Virus record (IMG/VR): IMGVR_UViG_3300024229_000651
Strand: one strand, 5' to 3'
DNA length: 64,000 nt
Source of the DNA: a virus
Lineage: Duplodnaviria > Caudoviricetes
In this document: positions 29,460 through 38,177 of the stretch, in pieces
How positions within the stretch are numbered: the stretch's first letter is position 1
How the letters are laid out: every line of letters begins with the position of its first letter
The notes under the pieces: generated by a model
Told to the model about the DNA's origin: nothing
Database searches by the model: none
What the model saw: the letters and a program-made list of their open reading frames with translations, nothing else
Translations under genes and position numbers: made by a program

Positions 29460-29909
29460 TTACTTTTCGTAAATTGCTGAATTCGCTCCGTGCTCTGCAC
29501 ACTCTGCTCGTACACAGTAGCAACGGTTGTCACTCATTTCACGTACTAGTTTGTCTGCAAAGTTAAATGCGTGTTGCGCAAACTTCTCTGCACCTACTCC
29601 ATCCATTACTACAATTTCTGCTAGATCAAGTTCTTGTAATTCCATAAACTTGTCTAAGAATGGATCGTCTTTGTCAATTGCTGTCTTGTGATCAAAGTGA
29701 TCTTCTAACCACTTCTTCAAAGGCTTTAATCCGCCAAAGTCAACTGCCCAGTTTTTATTGTCTAATTCATCACATCCAAATGTAAATGTAAACGCTAAAC
29801 TGTAGCCATGTAACAAATGACAATGTGAATGATCTGCATTAGGTTGCCTAAATACTGCTGACAGTCCAATGTTGTGTCCGTAATGTTTTGTACTTAAAAA
29901 TCTTGCCAT
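29460..29909 (-). CDS. queD: 6-pyruvoyl-tetrahydropterin synthase / QueD-like
   Basis: HCHLLHGY, VDFGGLK, FDHKT, AEKFA, EHGANSA. Confidence 0.85.
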   Translation of the reverse strand: MARFLSTKHYGHNIGLSAVFRQPNADHSHCHLLHGYSLAFTFTFGCDELDNKNWAVDFGGLKPLKKWLEDHFDHKTAIDKDDPFLDKFMELQELDLAEIVVMDGVGAEKFAQHAFNFADKLVREMSDNRCYCVRAECAEHGANSAIYEK

Positions 29910-29928
29910 ATTAGTCTCCTATTCCAGG

Positions 29929-30213
29929 TTATGTTAAAATACTACTAGTTTGTTCACTATACAATTTAGCAATTTCATCTTGTGTTTTTGCATAAGCTAG
30001 AATGTGAGACAAACTAATTGTAAACTTAGCCGAATTAGTTGTTACCATAAACGGTATTAAGCCCATATTTCCATCAGGACTTCTAGCAACAATCATAGGT
30101 TTACTGAGTTCAAGTGAAGTACCGGTGTCCTTAACAAGGGTGCCCAGCATTTCCTCTCCAGTCGAAAGGCGAACACTAACAACATCACCTTGCTTTGTAA
30201 TATCTAATAACAT
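29929..30213 (-). CDS. Small beta-rich (Sm-like) conserved phage protein
   Basis: VVSVRLSTGEEMLG...LSKPM...GLIPF. Confidence 0.6.
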   Translation of the reverse strand: MLLDITKQGDVVSVRLSTGEEMLGTLVKDTGTSLELSKPMIVARSPDGNMGLIPFMVTTNSAKFTISLSHILAYAKTQDEIAKLYSEQTSSILT

Positions 30214-30247
30214 TTTTATTCCTATAAGATTAAGTTATACAATAAGT

Positions 30248-30276
30248 ATTGTACAACCTTACTTAGGCAATGTCAA
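30248..30276 (-). promoter_or_regulatory. Sigma70 promoter TTGACA-17-TACAAT
   Basis: Direct reading of the minus strand. Confidence 0.75.
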
Positions 30277-30298
30277 GCATTAATAAAGATTTTTTGGA

Positions 30299-30766
30299 TT
30301 ATTTTAAGCCAGCTTGTTCAAGGGTAATTTTTACAACGCCTGCTTCAATTAATTTCTTTCGGTTTTTAAGATGCAGTTTTGCCGAGTCTTCTTTGTTACC
30401 ACCCGTATATTTTACTGCATGACCTTCTTCTAGCAAAATTTTTGTAACAGGTCTCCATGCATCCTTTGCATGATCATACACCGTGAAGTCTCCGAGGATA
30501 CGTCCAAACTTACCTTTCATATCTTCGCCGTCTTTGTTGACTTGCGTTTGCAATACAGCTGATTTGCTAAGGAGCTCTTTTAATCTGTTTTTAGCAGCCA
30601 GTCCAAATTTCTTCTCAACTTTATCTCTAGTTCTACTTTCGGGTGTGTCTATTCCCATTATCCGAACACGCTCATCTGTCAGCCATACACCGAATCCTAA
30701 GTCTATGTCTACATCTACTGTGTCGCCGTCTACTATCTTGACGACCTTACATTTATACTCGTACAT
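30299..30766 (-). CDS. Thermonuclease (SNase)-family nuclease
   Basis: VDGDTVD, RIMGIDTPESRT, GKFGRILG. Confidence 0.85.
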   Translation of the reverse strand: MYEYKCKVVKIVDGDTVDVDIDLGFGVWLTDERVRIMGIDTPESRTRDKVEKKFGLAAKNRLKELLSKSAVLQTQVNKDGEDMKGKFGRILGDFTVYDHAKDAWRPVTKILLEEGHAVKYTGGNKEDSAKLHLKNRKKLIEAGVVKITLEQAGLK

Positions 30767-30802
30767 CGAAAAATACTCCTTATCATTAAAGTAGTATTTA
30801 TT

Positions 30803-31438
30803 TTAATGTATGTAAAAGGAGTGGTTTTGAATTGTTGCAACATATGTAAGTTCAGCGGCCCAGTACGGATTTACAAGATGGTGGTTAAAATAATGGGTGC
30901 TTCCGTTTGTGGGATCTGGCATTTCATTATATAGTACTTCCCAAGCAATTCCTTTAGCATTCTTCCAACTCCTAGACTCTGTGTCAATCAGATCGCTCTT
31001 ACCATCACAGAACCAAGAGAACTGACACCTAAATCTAACCGGAACGAGTCTGCCATGGTGTTCGTACCACCATGTAGAATAAACTGCTTGGTATACAACA
31101 TCACAAATCTTATCAGGAAATCGCCTACTCTTCATTCTGTTGTAAGTAACATGCGCAACTGCAATCTGCCCTGTCAATGATTCGCCCCGAGCTTCATGAT
31201 AGATATTTGTTGCCAAACAAATAATTGCTTCTTGGTCTACAACTGGCTGTTGTGGTTGGGGCTCCGTAATTGCTGTCTCTTCTTGTGGCTTTGGTACAGC
31301 AACAACAACAATATCTTCTAACGTCTCGGGTTGTGTGAATATATCGTAAAAAATATTGTTCAAATCCACAGCAACAATTGTTAAAAATATTGATATAGAA
31401 AATATTATATTTCTAAATACACGATAGTTATCAGTCAA
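30803..31438 (-). CDS. Cell wall hydrolase (SleB/Hydrolase_2)
   Basis: CLATNIYHEARGE...GQIAV...CQFSW...DPTNGSTHY; N-terminal TM. Confidence 0.9.
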   Translation of the reverse strand: MTDNYRVFRNIIFSISIFLTIVAVDLNNIFYDIFTQPETLEDIVVVAVPKPQEETAITEPQPQQPVVDQEAIICLATNIYHEARGESLTGQIAVAHVTYNRMKSRRFPDKICDVVYQAVYSTWWYEHHGRLVPVRFRCQFSWFCDGKSDLIDTESRSWKNAKGIAWEVLYNEMPDPTNGSTHYFNHHLVNPYWAAELTYVATIQNHSFYIH

Positions 31439-31467
31439 AGCAAATCCTCACATACTGTAATAACATA

Positions 31468-31496
31468 ATTATAGCATCAACTGTGTGATGTGTCAA
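31468..31496 (-). promoter_or_regulatory. Consensus sigma70 promoter TTGACA-17-TATAAT
   Basis: Direct reading; upstream of the SleB gene. Confidence 0.8.
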
Positions 31497-31499
31497 GTA

Positions 31500-31847
31500 T
31501 TATTCTTTGAAGGGCGCCTTACTCACTTTATCCCATGCTTCTTGATTGGTGTATTTGATGTCTTCATACCCTGGCAAAGGTTCTTTGACCTTTCGAATAA
31601 CTGGCCAATTTTCTTCTTGGCTCATTTTTTTATTGAAATCTAGCCAATGGTGATCTTCTGGGGCAAGTTTTCTATCACTAACAATTGCATTTACTGGGCA
31701 TTCGGGTTCACAGATTGCACAATCGATGCAAATATCGGGATCAATAACAAGTGTATTCTCACCTTCAAAAAAGCAATCCACAGGGCAAACTTTAACGCAG
31801 GTGGTATGTTTACAGTCTACGCATTCACCCTTAACAACATATGTCAT
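31500..31847 (-). CDS. fdxA: 7Fe ferredoxin (FdxA type)
   Basis: CVDCKHTTCVKVCPVDCF...CIDCAICEPECP. Confidence 0.92.
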   Translation of the reverse strand: MTYVVKGECVDCKHTTCVKVCPVDCFFEGENTLVIDPDICIDCAICEPECPVNAIVSDRKLAPEDHHWLDFNKKMSQEENWPVIRKVKEPLPGYEDIKYTNQEAWDKVSKAPFKE

Positions 31848-31933
31848 ATTTTATTTTCCGATATTAATTTACATGTATTTACTATTTTTAGCTTATTTGT
31901 TACATTTTTCTAGGTTTATACTAAATAAAATTA

Positions 31934-32061
31934 AGCTGATTGGCAACACCGAGTTGACAATTTAAATTAGTTCGCACCACTCATTGAGATGTGCTATATA
32001 CATAAAGGGACAAAGGTCTCACCCAATCAGTAGTCAATAGGTCCGGACCTATTATTTTTTT
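31934..32061 (+). ncRNA. Candidate structured non-coding RNA
   Basis: TAAATA at 31922; closing stem CTGATTGG/CCAATCAG around three hairpins; plus-oriented terminator AATAGGT-CCGG-ACCTATT-U7; no plus-strand CDS nearby. Confidence 0.5.
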
Positions 32062-32070
32062 AGATACAAC

Positions 32071-33141
32071 TTAATTCTGTAAATGCGACTGCATGTTTAG
32101 TGCCTGCGTATATAGTTGCTCACTCGCCAGATTCTTAGCCTTGGCCTCGCACTGAATATCAAAATCCTTCCAAAATGTAATAGCCCAGTCGTTAGCTTCA
32201 TAGTTAGGATAGTAATCGCTGTGTGCTCGAAGTTTTTGCTTCTTAGCACCTGTGTCTAATAGTGCGGATATGTCATGAAGGGTGGTATGTCGTGTTCCTT
32301 CATCAATTCGTGTTGACTGGTTAAGCCATTCATCTCTGCTATAGCTGTAATGTAAAGTAGGCCTAACACCACGCCAACTGTCAATGACCATTTTAACACG
32401 GTCGTCATCTGCTTGTATATATTCTTCATCTCTAATCCAATGGTGGTGTATATCTAGTACTAGTGCCACATGATCTTTAAGCATAAGACTTGCATCTAAG
32501 CCGTGGCACATTTCGTCGTTTTCAATAGCAAGTGTATTTCTTGCTTCAGGTGAGAGCCTAGGCAACACATCAATAATACCCTGGTAACCCTTTCTACCTG
32601 ATATATGAACATTAAGCTTCATGTCCATAAACTCTTTACCATAGCCCATCCATCGGGCCATATTAGCATGGTACTCAAATTCGTCAATACTACGTTCTAC
32701 TACGTCATCGTTATCGCTAGCCAGAACGCAAAACTGGCCAGGATGGAAACTGATACGCACATCAAGATCACGAGCCAATTGGCCCACCTTGGCGAATCCT
32801 TTCTCCAATATTCGGATATTATTAGGATCGTCCCACAAGTAGCGCCAATTTGGCTCAGTAGCCATAGGTATTTGATTACTTCCAAGTCTAACCATACGTC
32901 TGTTATCAGGTAGTCCACCTACGTATTTAATCAAATTGTATGCACTTTGCATGTTATGCTGTACAAGATCGAGCATTCGTTGCTCTGCTACGGCTTTTTC
33001 TTGCCGATTGCACCAAGCCACAGTTGTAACTTTTTCTGTAAAATTCTGCTGTAACTCCTTGAGTACCTTAGGTTTTTGCGATTGGTCTGGGTCAAGATAC
33101 TTGCAGCAGAAACCGATACGTTGTATAGACTGGTCGAACAT
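32071..33141 (-). CDS. uvdE: UV-damage endonuclease
   Basis: RIGFCCK, RISFHPGQF, LAIENDE, LDIHHH, HSD, CEAKAKN; likely start 33141. Confidence 0.92.
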   Translation of the reverse strand: MFDQSIQRIGFCCKYLDPDQSQKPKVLKELQQNFTEKVTTVAWCNRQEKAVAEQRMLDLVQHNMQSAYNLIKYVGGLPDNRRMVRLGSNQIPMATEPNWRYLWDDPNNIRILEKGFAKVGQLARDLDVRISFHPGQFCVLASDNDDVVERSIDEFEYHANMARWMGYGKEFMDMKLNVHISGRKGYQGIIDVLPRLSPEARNTLAIENDEMCHGLDASLMLKDHVALVLDIHHHWIRDEEYIQADDDRVKMVIDSWRGVRPTLHYSYSRDEWLNQSTRIDEGTRHTTLHDISALLDTGAKKQKLRAHSDYYPNYEANDWAITFWKDFDIQCEAKAKNLASEQLYTQALNMQSHLQN

Positions 33142-33175
33142 AATTATACCTGTAATATGCAATTGAACAAGCCTT

Positions 33176-33204
33176 ATTATAGCAAAGAACACATTCAATG
33201 TCAA
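33176..33204 (-). promoter_or_regulatory. Consensus sigma70 promoter for uvdE
   Basis: TTGACA-N17-TATAAT; abuts a plus-strand TAAATA at 33205. Confidence 0.8.
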
Positions 33205-33215
33205 TAAATAGTTGT

Positions 33216-34043
33216 ATGAAATATGACCTTATTATTGCTTGCGGTGACAGCTTCACCGAAGGGTGCCAAGATGCACTCAAAATACCTGTTGAACAAACAT
33301 GGCCCGGGTTGCTTGCGGAAAGTTTAGGCATTCCTTTTGTAAACTTAGCTATAGGGGGGTCATGTAATTTAGAGATTGCACTGCAACCACTGAAATCCGC
33401 CACAGCGGCAGAGCTCGAAATTATACATAAAGCCAAATGCCCTTTAATATTATTTAACTTTACTGTAATGGAAAGGATGCCATACGCTAGTCTTAGAGCG
33501 GGCTTCACTGAGTCGTGCTTCTCTATTTTACCAGAACACACAGAGGGACTTCGGATATCATATATAGATAAGACCGTTAAAGAAATGCTAATCGACAATT
33601 TTGTAAACCTTGATACGGAATGCGCATGGGATGCATATTCTATAAACCAGTCTGATGGTGATCGACCGGACAGAAATATTGACTGGTTTGTTTTTTCAAC
33701 AATGCAGGCAATTCGGACATGTATGAATTGGGAAAAACTAATCCCCAATTCAACTGTGGCATGGGGATTCATTCATATTAATACCAGCTTGGTTGGTAAC
33801 GGATTAGATCAATATTTTAATATGTTCAGTGACCACCCACACGAGCAGAAACTTAACTACCCATACTTAGAGAGGTGTTACAACAAATGCTTAAATATGA
33901 AGGAAGTTCAATCTATACTATATGACGAACATCTTCAATTCAGACAAGAATGTATAATAGCGCCACATGACGTCCACCCAAATCCACTGGGAATAGGCAT
34001 CATCGCTAAGTGGTTTGAGGATTACATTAGTGAAAACCTTTGA
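33216..34043 (+). CDS. SGNH/GDSL-like hydrolase or acyltransferase, paralog 1
   Basis: GDSFTEG, NLAIGG.CN, DVHPN; start 33216. Confidence 0.75.
   Translation: MKYDLIIACGDSFTEGCQDALKIPVEQTWPGLLAESLGIPFVNLAIGGSCNLEIALQPLKSATAAELEIIHKAKCPLILFNFTVMERMPYASLRAGFTESCFSILPEHTEGLRISYIDKTVKEMLIDNFVNLDTECAWDAYSINQSDGDRPDRNIDWFVFSTMQAIRTCMNWEKLIPNSTVAWGFIHINTSLVGNGLDQYFNMFSDHPHEQKLNYPYLERCYNKCLNMKEVQSILYDEHLQFRQECIIAPHDVHPNPLGIGIIAKWFEDYISENL
33361..33389 (+). repeat. Exact 29-nt repeat, second copy at 34178..34206
   Basis: catgtaatttagagattgcactgcaacca in SGNH paralogs 1 and 2. Confidence 0.9.
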
Positions 34044-34755
34044 TAGTATCATTGCATGCGGTGACAGTTATACCGAAGGCCATCGAGATGTTCTCGGAAT
34101 CGGTGTCGATCAAACTTGGCCTGGTAAGGTAGCAAAACATTTTGATGTACCGTATGAGAACTTAGCTGTAGGTGGAGCATGTAATTTAGAGATTGCACTG
34201 CAACCAATGTTAAGTCAACAAATGCAATATGCGAATCCTTTATACATATTCAATTTTACAATTGACGAACGATTGCTCATGCTGAACTCAGAGCCTGAAA
34301 AGGTTTTTCGAACATTATTTTCTCTACTAGAAGAGGACACACAGGACATACCTTTTTCTAATGAATATCGAAGAATCATAAATTATTTCTTGACCAAGCA
34401 TAACAGTGATGGACTTGACGGTTTCCAAACTCATACATTAAGATCTATACAACTTGCGCACAACGTTATGACTGTCAATCCAAATGCATCAGTGTTGTGG
34501 GGATTCATACACAGCGATCGCACGGGGGACGAAGACACTATTTTTGATCGTGGTGGTTTTGATTTTAATAATTCCACCACCGTTAATTTGCCTAATATAG
34601 AAACTTGCTATAATAAATATGTGGGTCACAAGCCTTTACAACATTTTATCGATGACAATTCGATGATAATAAGCAATCAAGACCCCCATCCTAACTTTAA
34701 AGGAATAAAAGTACTTGCCGATCATATGACAAGTATTATACAGAATGCAATTTGA
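34030..34755 (+). CDS. SGNH/GDSL-like protein, paralog 2
   Basis: GDSYTEG, NLAVGGACN, DPHPN; GTG start 34030. Confidence 0.75.
   Translation: MKTFDSIIACGDSYTEGHRDVLGIGVDQTWPGKVAKHFDVPYENLAVGGACNLEIALQPMLSQQMQYANPLYIFNFTIDERLLMLNSEPEKVFRTLFSLLEEDTQDIPFSNEYRRIINYFLTKHNSDGLDGFQTHTLRSIQLAHNVMTVNPNASVLWGFIHSDRTGDEDTIFDRGGFDFNNSTTVNLPNIETCYNKYVGHKPLQHFIDDNSMIISNQDPHPNFKGIKVLADHMTSIIQNAI
34129..34151 (+). repeat. Exact 23-nt repeat, second copy at 34841..34863
   Basis: gtagcaaaacattttgatgtacc in SGNH paralogs 2 and 3. Confidence 0.9.
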
Positions 34756-35566
34756 TGCTATAATAGCCTGCGGGTGCGACTATACCGAAGGGTGGCGAGA
34801 AATATCAGGCTTTTCCATAGAAGAAACATGGCCCGCACTAGTAGCAAAACATTTTGATGTACCTTATGAAAACTTAGGGCACGGATTTGCTTCTAACTAT
34901 CAAATTGCCACTCAGCCTTTTTACCACCAGAAAAATAGCTACAAACAACCTTTGTATATTTTCAACTTTACAATAGATCACCGATATCCCATTTTCGATC
35001 CGGAGCAATTAACAATCGATAGTATATCATCTATTCATGCTGATTGGATACATATGCACGAATGGGGTGTTGCTAATAAAATATCTATGCAGTACATGTT
35101 AGACAAAACTGTAGCAAACTATCCTGGTGATACAGAATGGCATAGATACCACGAACTTCACTCCAGTAAATCTTCATTAGAAGATAAAGTTAAAATGAAA
35201 AAGATGGAAACTGATGCTGTTTCCAAAAATGATTTTATAGATGGTTATCAGCACCTTACAAAAGAAGCAATACTTCTAGCACATCGAGTTACTGTTCAGA
35301 ACCCTAACGCTAAAATATTGTGGGGCTTTATATACGGGGACTATGAAATAGGTATGCCTAGTAATGTGCATATTAGGAATAATAAAACCGTGCTGTTTCC
35401 AAAGATCGAAAACTGCTACAACACACTATTTCAGGATAAATACTTACATGAGTACATTGCGTCTAACGGTTTTGTACTCGGCACAGAAGACATACACCCA
35501 AACAAAAAAGGCATTAACTTATTAAAAAATATGTTTGTTGACGCCATAAATACCAAATTTAAATAA
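34745..35566 (+). CDS. SGNH-like paralog 3 lacking the catalytic Ser
   Basis: GCDYTEG replaces GDS(F/Y)TEG; DIHPN retained. Confidence 0.7.
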   Translation: MQFDAIIACGCDYTEGWREISGFSIEETWPALVAKHFDVPYENLGHGFASNYQIATQPFYHQKNSYKQPLYIFNFTIDHRYPIFDPEQLTIDSISSIHADWIHMHEWGVANKISMQYMLDKTVANYPGDTEWHRYHELHSSKSSLEDKVKMKKMETDAVSKNDFIDGYQHLTKEAILLAHRVTVQNPNAKILWGFIYGDYEIGMPSNVHIRNNKTVLFPKIENCYNTLFQDKYLHEYIASNGFVLGTEDIHPNKKGINLLKNMFVDAINTKFK

Positions 35567-35601
35567 ATAAGCAATATAATCGATTATACGGAGTAACTAA
35601 A

Positions 35602-36189
35602 ATGGCAGACATTTTTAACTTTGCACAAAAAGGTTTAGCTAACCTAGTGCAATTCGGCAAAAGAGGTCTCAAACTTGTCAGTAATACTAGCGGAGAATAC
35701 TTCTCGTTTACAGCAAACGATGGTACAACACTAGTAGAAGTACGTGGTGCTAACGCAACTGTTGCAGAAGCGTTCATCACAAAAGGACAATTTGATGCTT
35801 CCACCTCAGCTATCACACAGTACGTTAGTACAGAAGTAGCATTTGATAATGGTACTACAACATTATTTGAGATCCCTAGCAATTCTATGGTTTACAGTGT
35901 GTCTGTAGACGTAGGTAGCCCATGGGTAAGTGCTGATGCATCTACTGCAATTAGAGTAGGCGACGATAGTGACGATGACAGGTTATTTACTGATGACGAA
36001 GCTGACATGACTCAGACTTTCCAATTCCATAGTAATTACCAGCATATTTACGATTCACCTGCAAATATAACTTGTACAGTAGCAGGCGGTAGTGCATCGT
36101 CAGGTATTGCCACGGTAACATGCGTAGTTGTAACAGAGAACTTAACTGTTAAAGATTACGGTAGTGTCGCGGATGCAGCTGGTCTATAA
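35602..36189 (+). CDS. Probable virion structural protein
   Basis: Late TAAATA box, GGAG SD, S/T/A/G/D-rich beta protein, followed by a terminator. Confidence 0.55.
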   Translation: MADIFNFAQKGLANLVQFGKRGLKLVSNTSGEYFSFTANDGTTLVEVRGANATVAEAFITKGQFDASTSAITQYVSTEVAFDNGTTTLFEIPSNSMVYSVSVDVGSPWVSADASTAIRVGDDSDDDRLFTDDEADMTQTFQFHSNYQHIYDSPANITCTVAGGSASSGIATVTCVVVTENLTVKDYGSVADAAGL

Positions 36190-36213
36190 TTAAAAAATAG
36201 ATTGACACTAAAG

Positions 36214-36241
36214 AAGCCTGCTTCACAGCAGGCTTTTTTTT
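36214..36241 (+). terminator. Rho-independent terminator
   Basis: AAGCCTGCT-TCAC-AGCAGGCTT followed by a T run. Confidence 0.85.
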
Positions 36242-36295
36242 GCTTTTAAAAAACATATGATAAATACAACTATATTAACAGCGTAAGGAACAAGT

Positions 36296-36739
36296 ATGGA
36301 CCGCAAAGCAATATTTGAACAACTAAAAATCGACGAAGGAGTTGTTTATGAAATTTATAAAGACCATCTGGGCTACCCAACTTTCGGAGTTGGCCACCTG
36401 GTCACAGAAAACGATCCAGAGCACGGAGCAGAAGTCGGAACATCCGTATCTGAGTCAAGAGTGGCAGAATGCTTTGAACGTGACCTTGACACCTCAATTA
36501 GTGAATGTGTTGCGTTATACGGAGAACAGTTTAATGAATGGCCAGGAGAAGTACAAGAAATCCTAGTTAACATGATGTTCAACATGGGCAGAACACGTTT
36601 AGGCAAGTTTAAAAACTTCCGCAAGGCACTAGAAGCTCAAGACTGGAAGAAAGCAGGAATTGAAGGCAGAGATAGCCGTTGGCACAAACAGGTAACTAAC
36701 CGTGCTGAAAGACTAATGGTAAGATTAGAGGAAGTATAA
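36296..36739 (+). CDS. T4-type lysozyme (GH24 endolysin)
   Basis: LKIDEG...YKDHLGYPTFGVGH, NMMFNMG, SRWHKQVTNRAERL. Confidence 0.92.
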   Translation: MDRKAIFEQLKIDEGVVYEIYKDHLGYPTFGVGHLVTENDPEHGAEVGTSVSESRVAECFERDLDTSISECVALYGEQFNEWPGEVQEILVNMMFNMGRTRLGKFKNFRKALEAQDWKKAGIEGRDSRWHKQVTNRAERLMVRLEEV

Positions 36740-37407
36740 TGACTGTGTATACCTTCGGGTGTAGCTTTACTTACGGATGTGAAGGTAGCGACTACAATGC
36801 AACTAGTTGGGTTGAGAAACTTGCACAGAGATACCCAGATATAGAATTTGAAGATTTTGCTTATCCGGGTACATGTATAGAGTACAGTTTATATCATTAT
36901 GAAAAAGTTGCTAAAAGATTGCAGCCAGAAGATATAACTGTATTCCAGTTTACAATTCCATTTAGATACACAACATGGACTAACAGTGCAGTATTTGATG
37001 ACCCGCAGAACAGGCATAAAAAATCGTCGAACTATACAAAATTTGTACCAGATTTTAATATCAATTTAGAAAGATATATAGGTAATTTACGAAATTGGCA
37101 GTATCACGATAATCAGGAATTGCTAGATAAGGAATTTCATACAAAGTATTATACAAAATTTAACGAGGGTAAAGAGATGGCGGCATACAATGCTATCGCA
37201 AACTATCTTAGGAGTAAAACAACATTTACGTTTTTTCACACTGAGCCGCCAGCTGGCGTGGATGATAAAGACAGTGTTGTAATACAAAACATTTTAGGTA
37301 AACAGTTTAAAAAATATACGTGGGACTGGGGACGACATTTTGGTGACGAAGGCTGTAATTTTGTAGCCGACATTGTTGAAGAAAACATAGGATTAAAAAA
37401 CAAATGA
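36739..37407 (+). CDS. SGNH-like protein, paralog 4
   Basis: FGCSFTYG; C-terminal WGRHFGDEG. Confidence 0.65.
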   Translation: MTVYTFGCSFTYGCEGSDYNATSWVEKLAQRYPDIEFEDFAYPGTCIEYSLYHYEKVAKRLQPEDITVFQFTIPFRYTTWTNSAVFDDPQNRHKKSSNYTKFVPDFNINLERYIGNLRNWQYHDNQELLDKEFHTKYYTKFNEGKEMAAYNAIANYLRSKTTFTFFHTEPPAGVDDKDSVVIQNILGKQFKKYTWDWGRHFGDEGCNFVADIVEENIGLKNK

Positions 37408-38177
37408 AATTAAATGATTTAGGCAAAAAGTATCTAGAGTTAGAGAATGGTACAGGAAATTTTAATATAAAAGTTGGCGGTGAAACTATCAATACTGTTG
37501 CTGGGAGTGACCGTGCAAATAAATTTGTTGAGTCCTTGAAAAGAAAAGGCATCACGGCAATAGCAGAAGCGGACGAGCCCACAACTGATAAAAGTGCTAG
37601 AGCTAGATTAGATCTTAATCTACGTGATCGAGGACACAGCGTTGAAAAGCCTAAAAAAGGCAAAGGATCGTATGCACGTTCAGACAAGCATAAGAAGCCA
37701 GTGTCTGAAGGGCCACTAGTGGTTAGTAGATCATCCGACTTAATGGGGATGCTTGATGTATTACTAAAAGATTTCAAAAGCAAAAGTCCAAGCGATGAAG
37801 AAATGATCGCTTTAGTAAAGTCGCTTGGTTATAACATGACCAAAGATGGTGAGCGCACTACGTTAGTTAAAGAAGAAGATTGCGATATCGACGAGGGTAA
37901 CGGTAACATACGCAAAGGCTTAGCCGCAGTAGCGTTGATTGCTGGGTTGTGGAGTGTTAATGACCATGTAGCACAGAAGGCATATGATGCCAGTCCACAA
38001 CTACAAAAATTAACAGCATATCTAGAAGTAGCAAAAGACCATAACGATCAGCGTATGATTGATCAGTTAGAGCAACGTATTGGAAACCACAAGACCAGAA
38101 TCGATATTGGTAAGGGCGAAGTGATGGGTAACGATGGTCGCCCAGTGGACGTTAAATACGACAAGGAAGCTAATTAG
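37404..38177 (+). CDS. Modular protein containing an ArfA-like motif, possible head-internal protein
   Basis: VEKPKKGKGSYARSDKH at aa 80-96; segments bounded by (I/V/L)xE sites. Confidence 0.6.
   Translation: MKLNDLGKKYLELENGTGNFNIKVGGETINTVAGSDRANKFVESLKRKGITAIAEADEPTTDKSARARLDLNLRDRGHSVEKPKKGKGSYARSDKHKKPVSEGPLVVSRSSDLMGMLDVLLKDFKSKSPSDEEMIALVKSLGYNMTKDGERTTLVKEEDCDIDEGNGNIRKGLAAVALIAGLWSVNDHVAQKAYDASPQLQKLTAYLEVAKDHNDQRMIDQLEQRIGNHKTRIDIGKGEVMGNDGRPVDVKYDKEAN

Noticed and set aside
29366-29460. preQ1 riboswitch linked to queD
   Set aside because: It lies downstream of queD and shows no preQ1 consensus or A-rich tail.
31936-32030. c-di-GMP-I riboswitch (GGCAA...GGGACAAAG resemblance)
   Set aside because: It lacks the GAAA tetraloop/receptor architecture, and no downstream gene lies on that strand; kept only as an unknown ncRNA.
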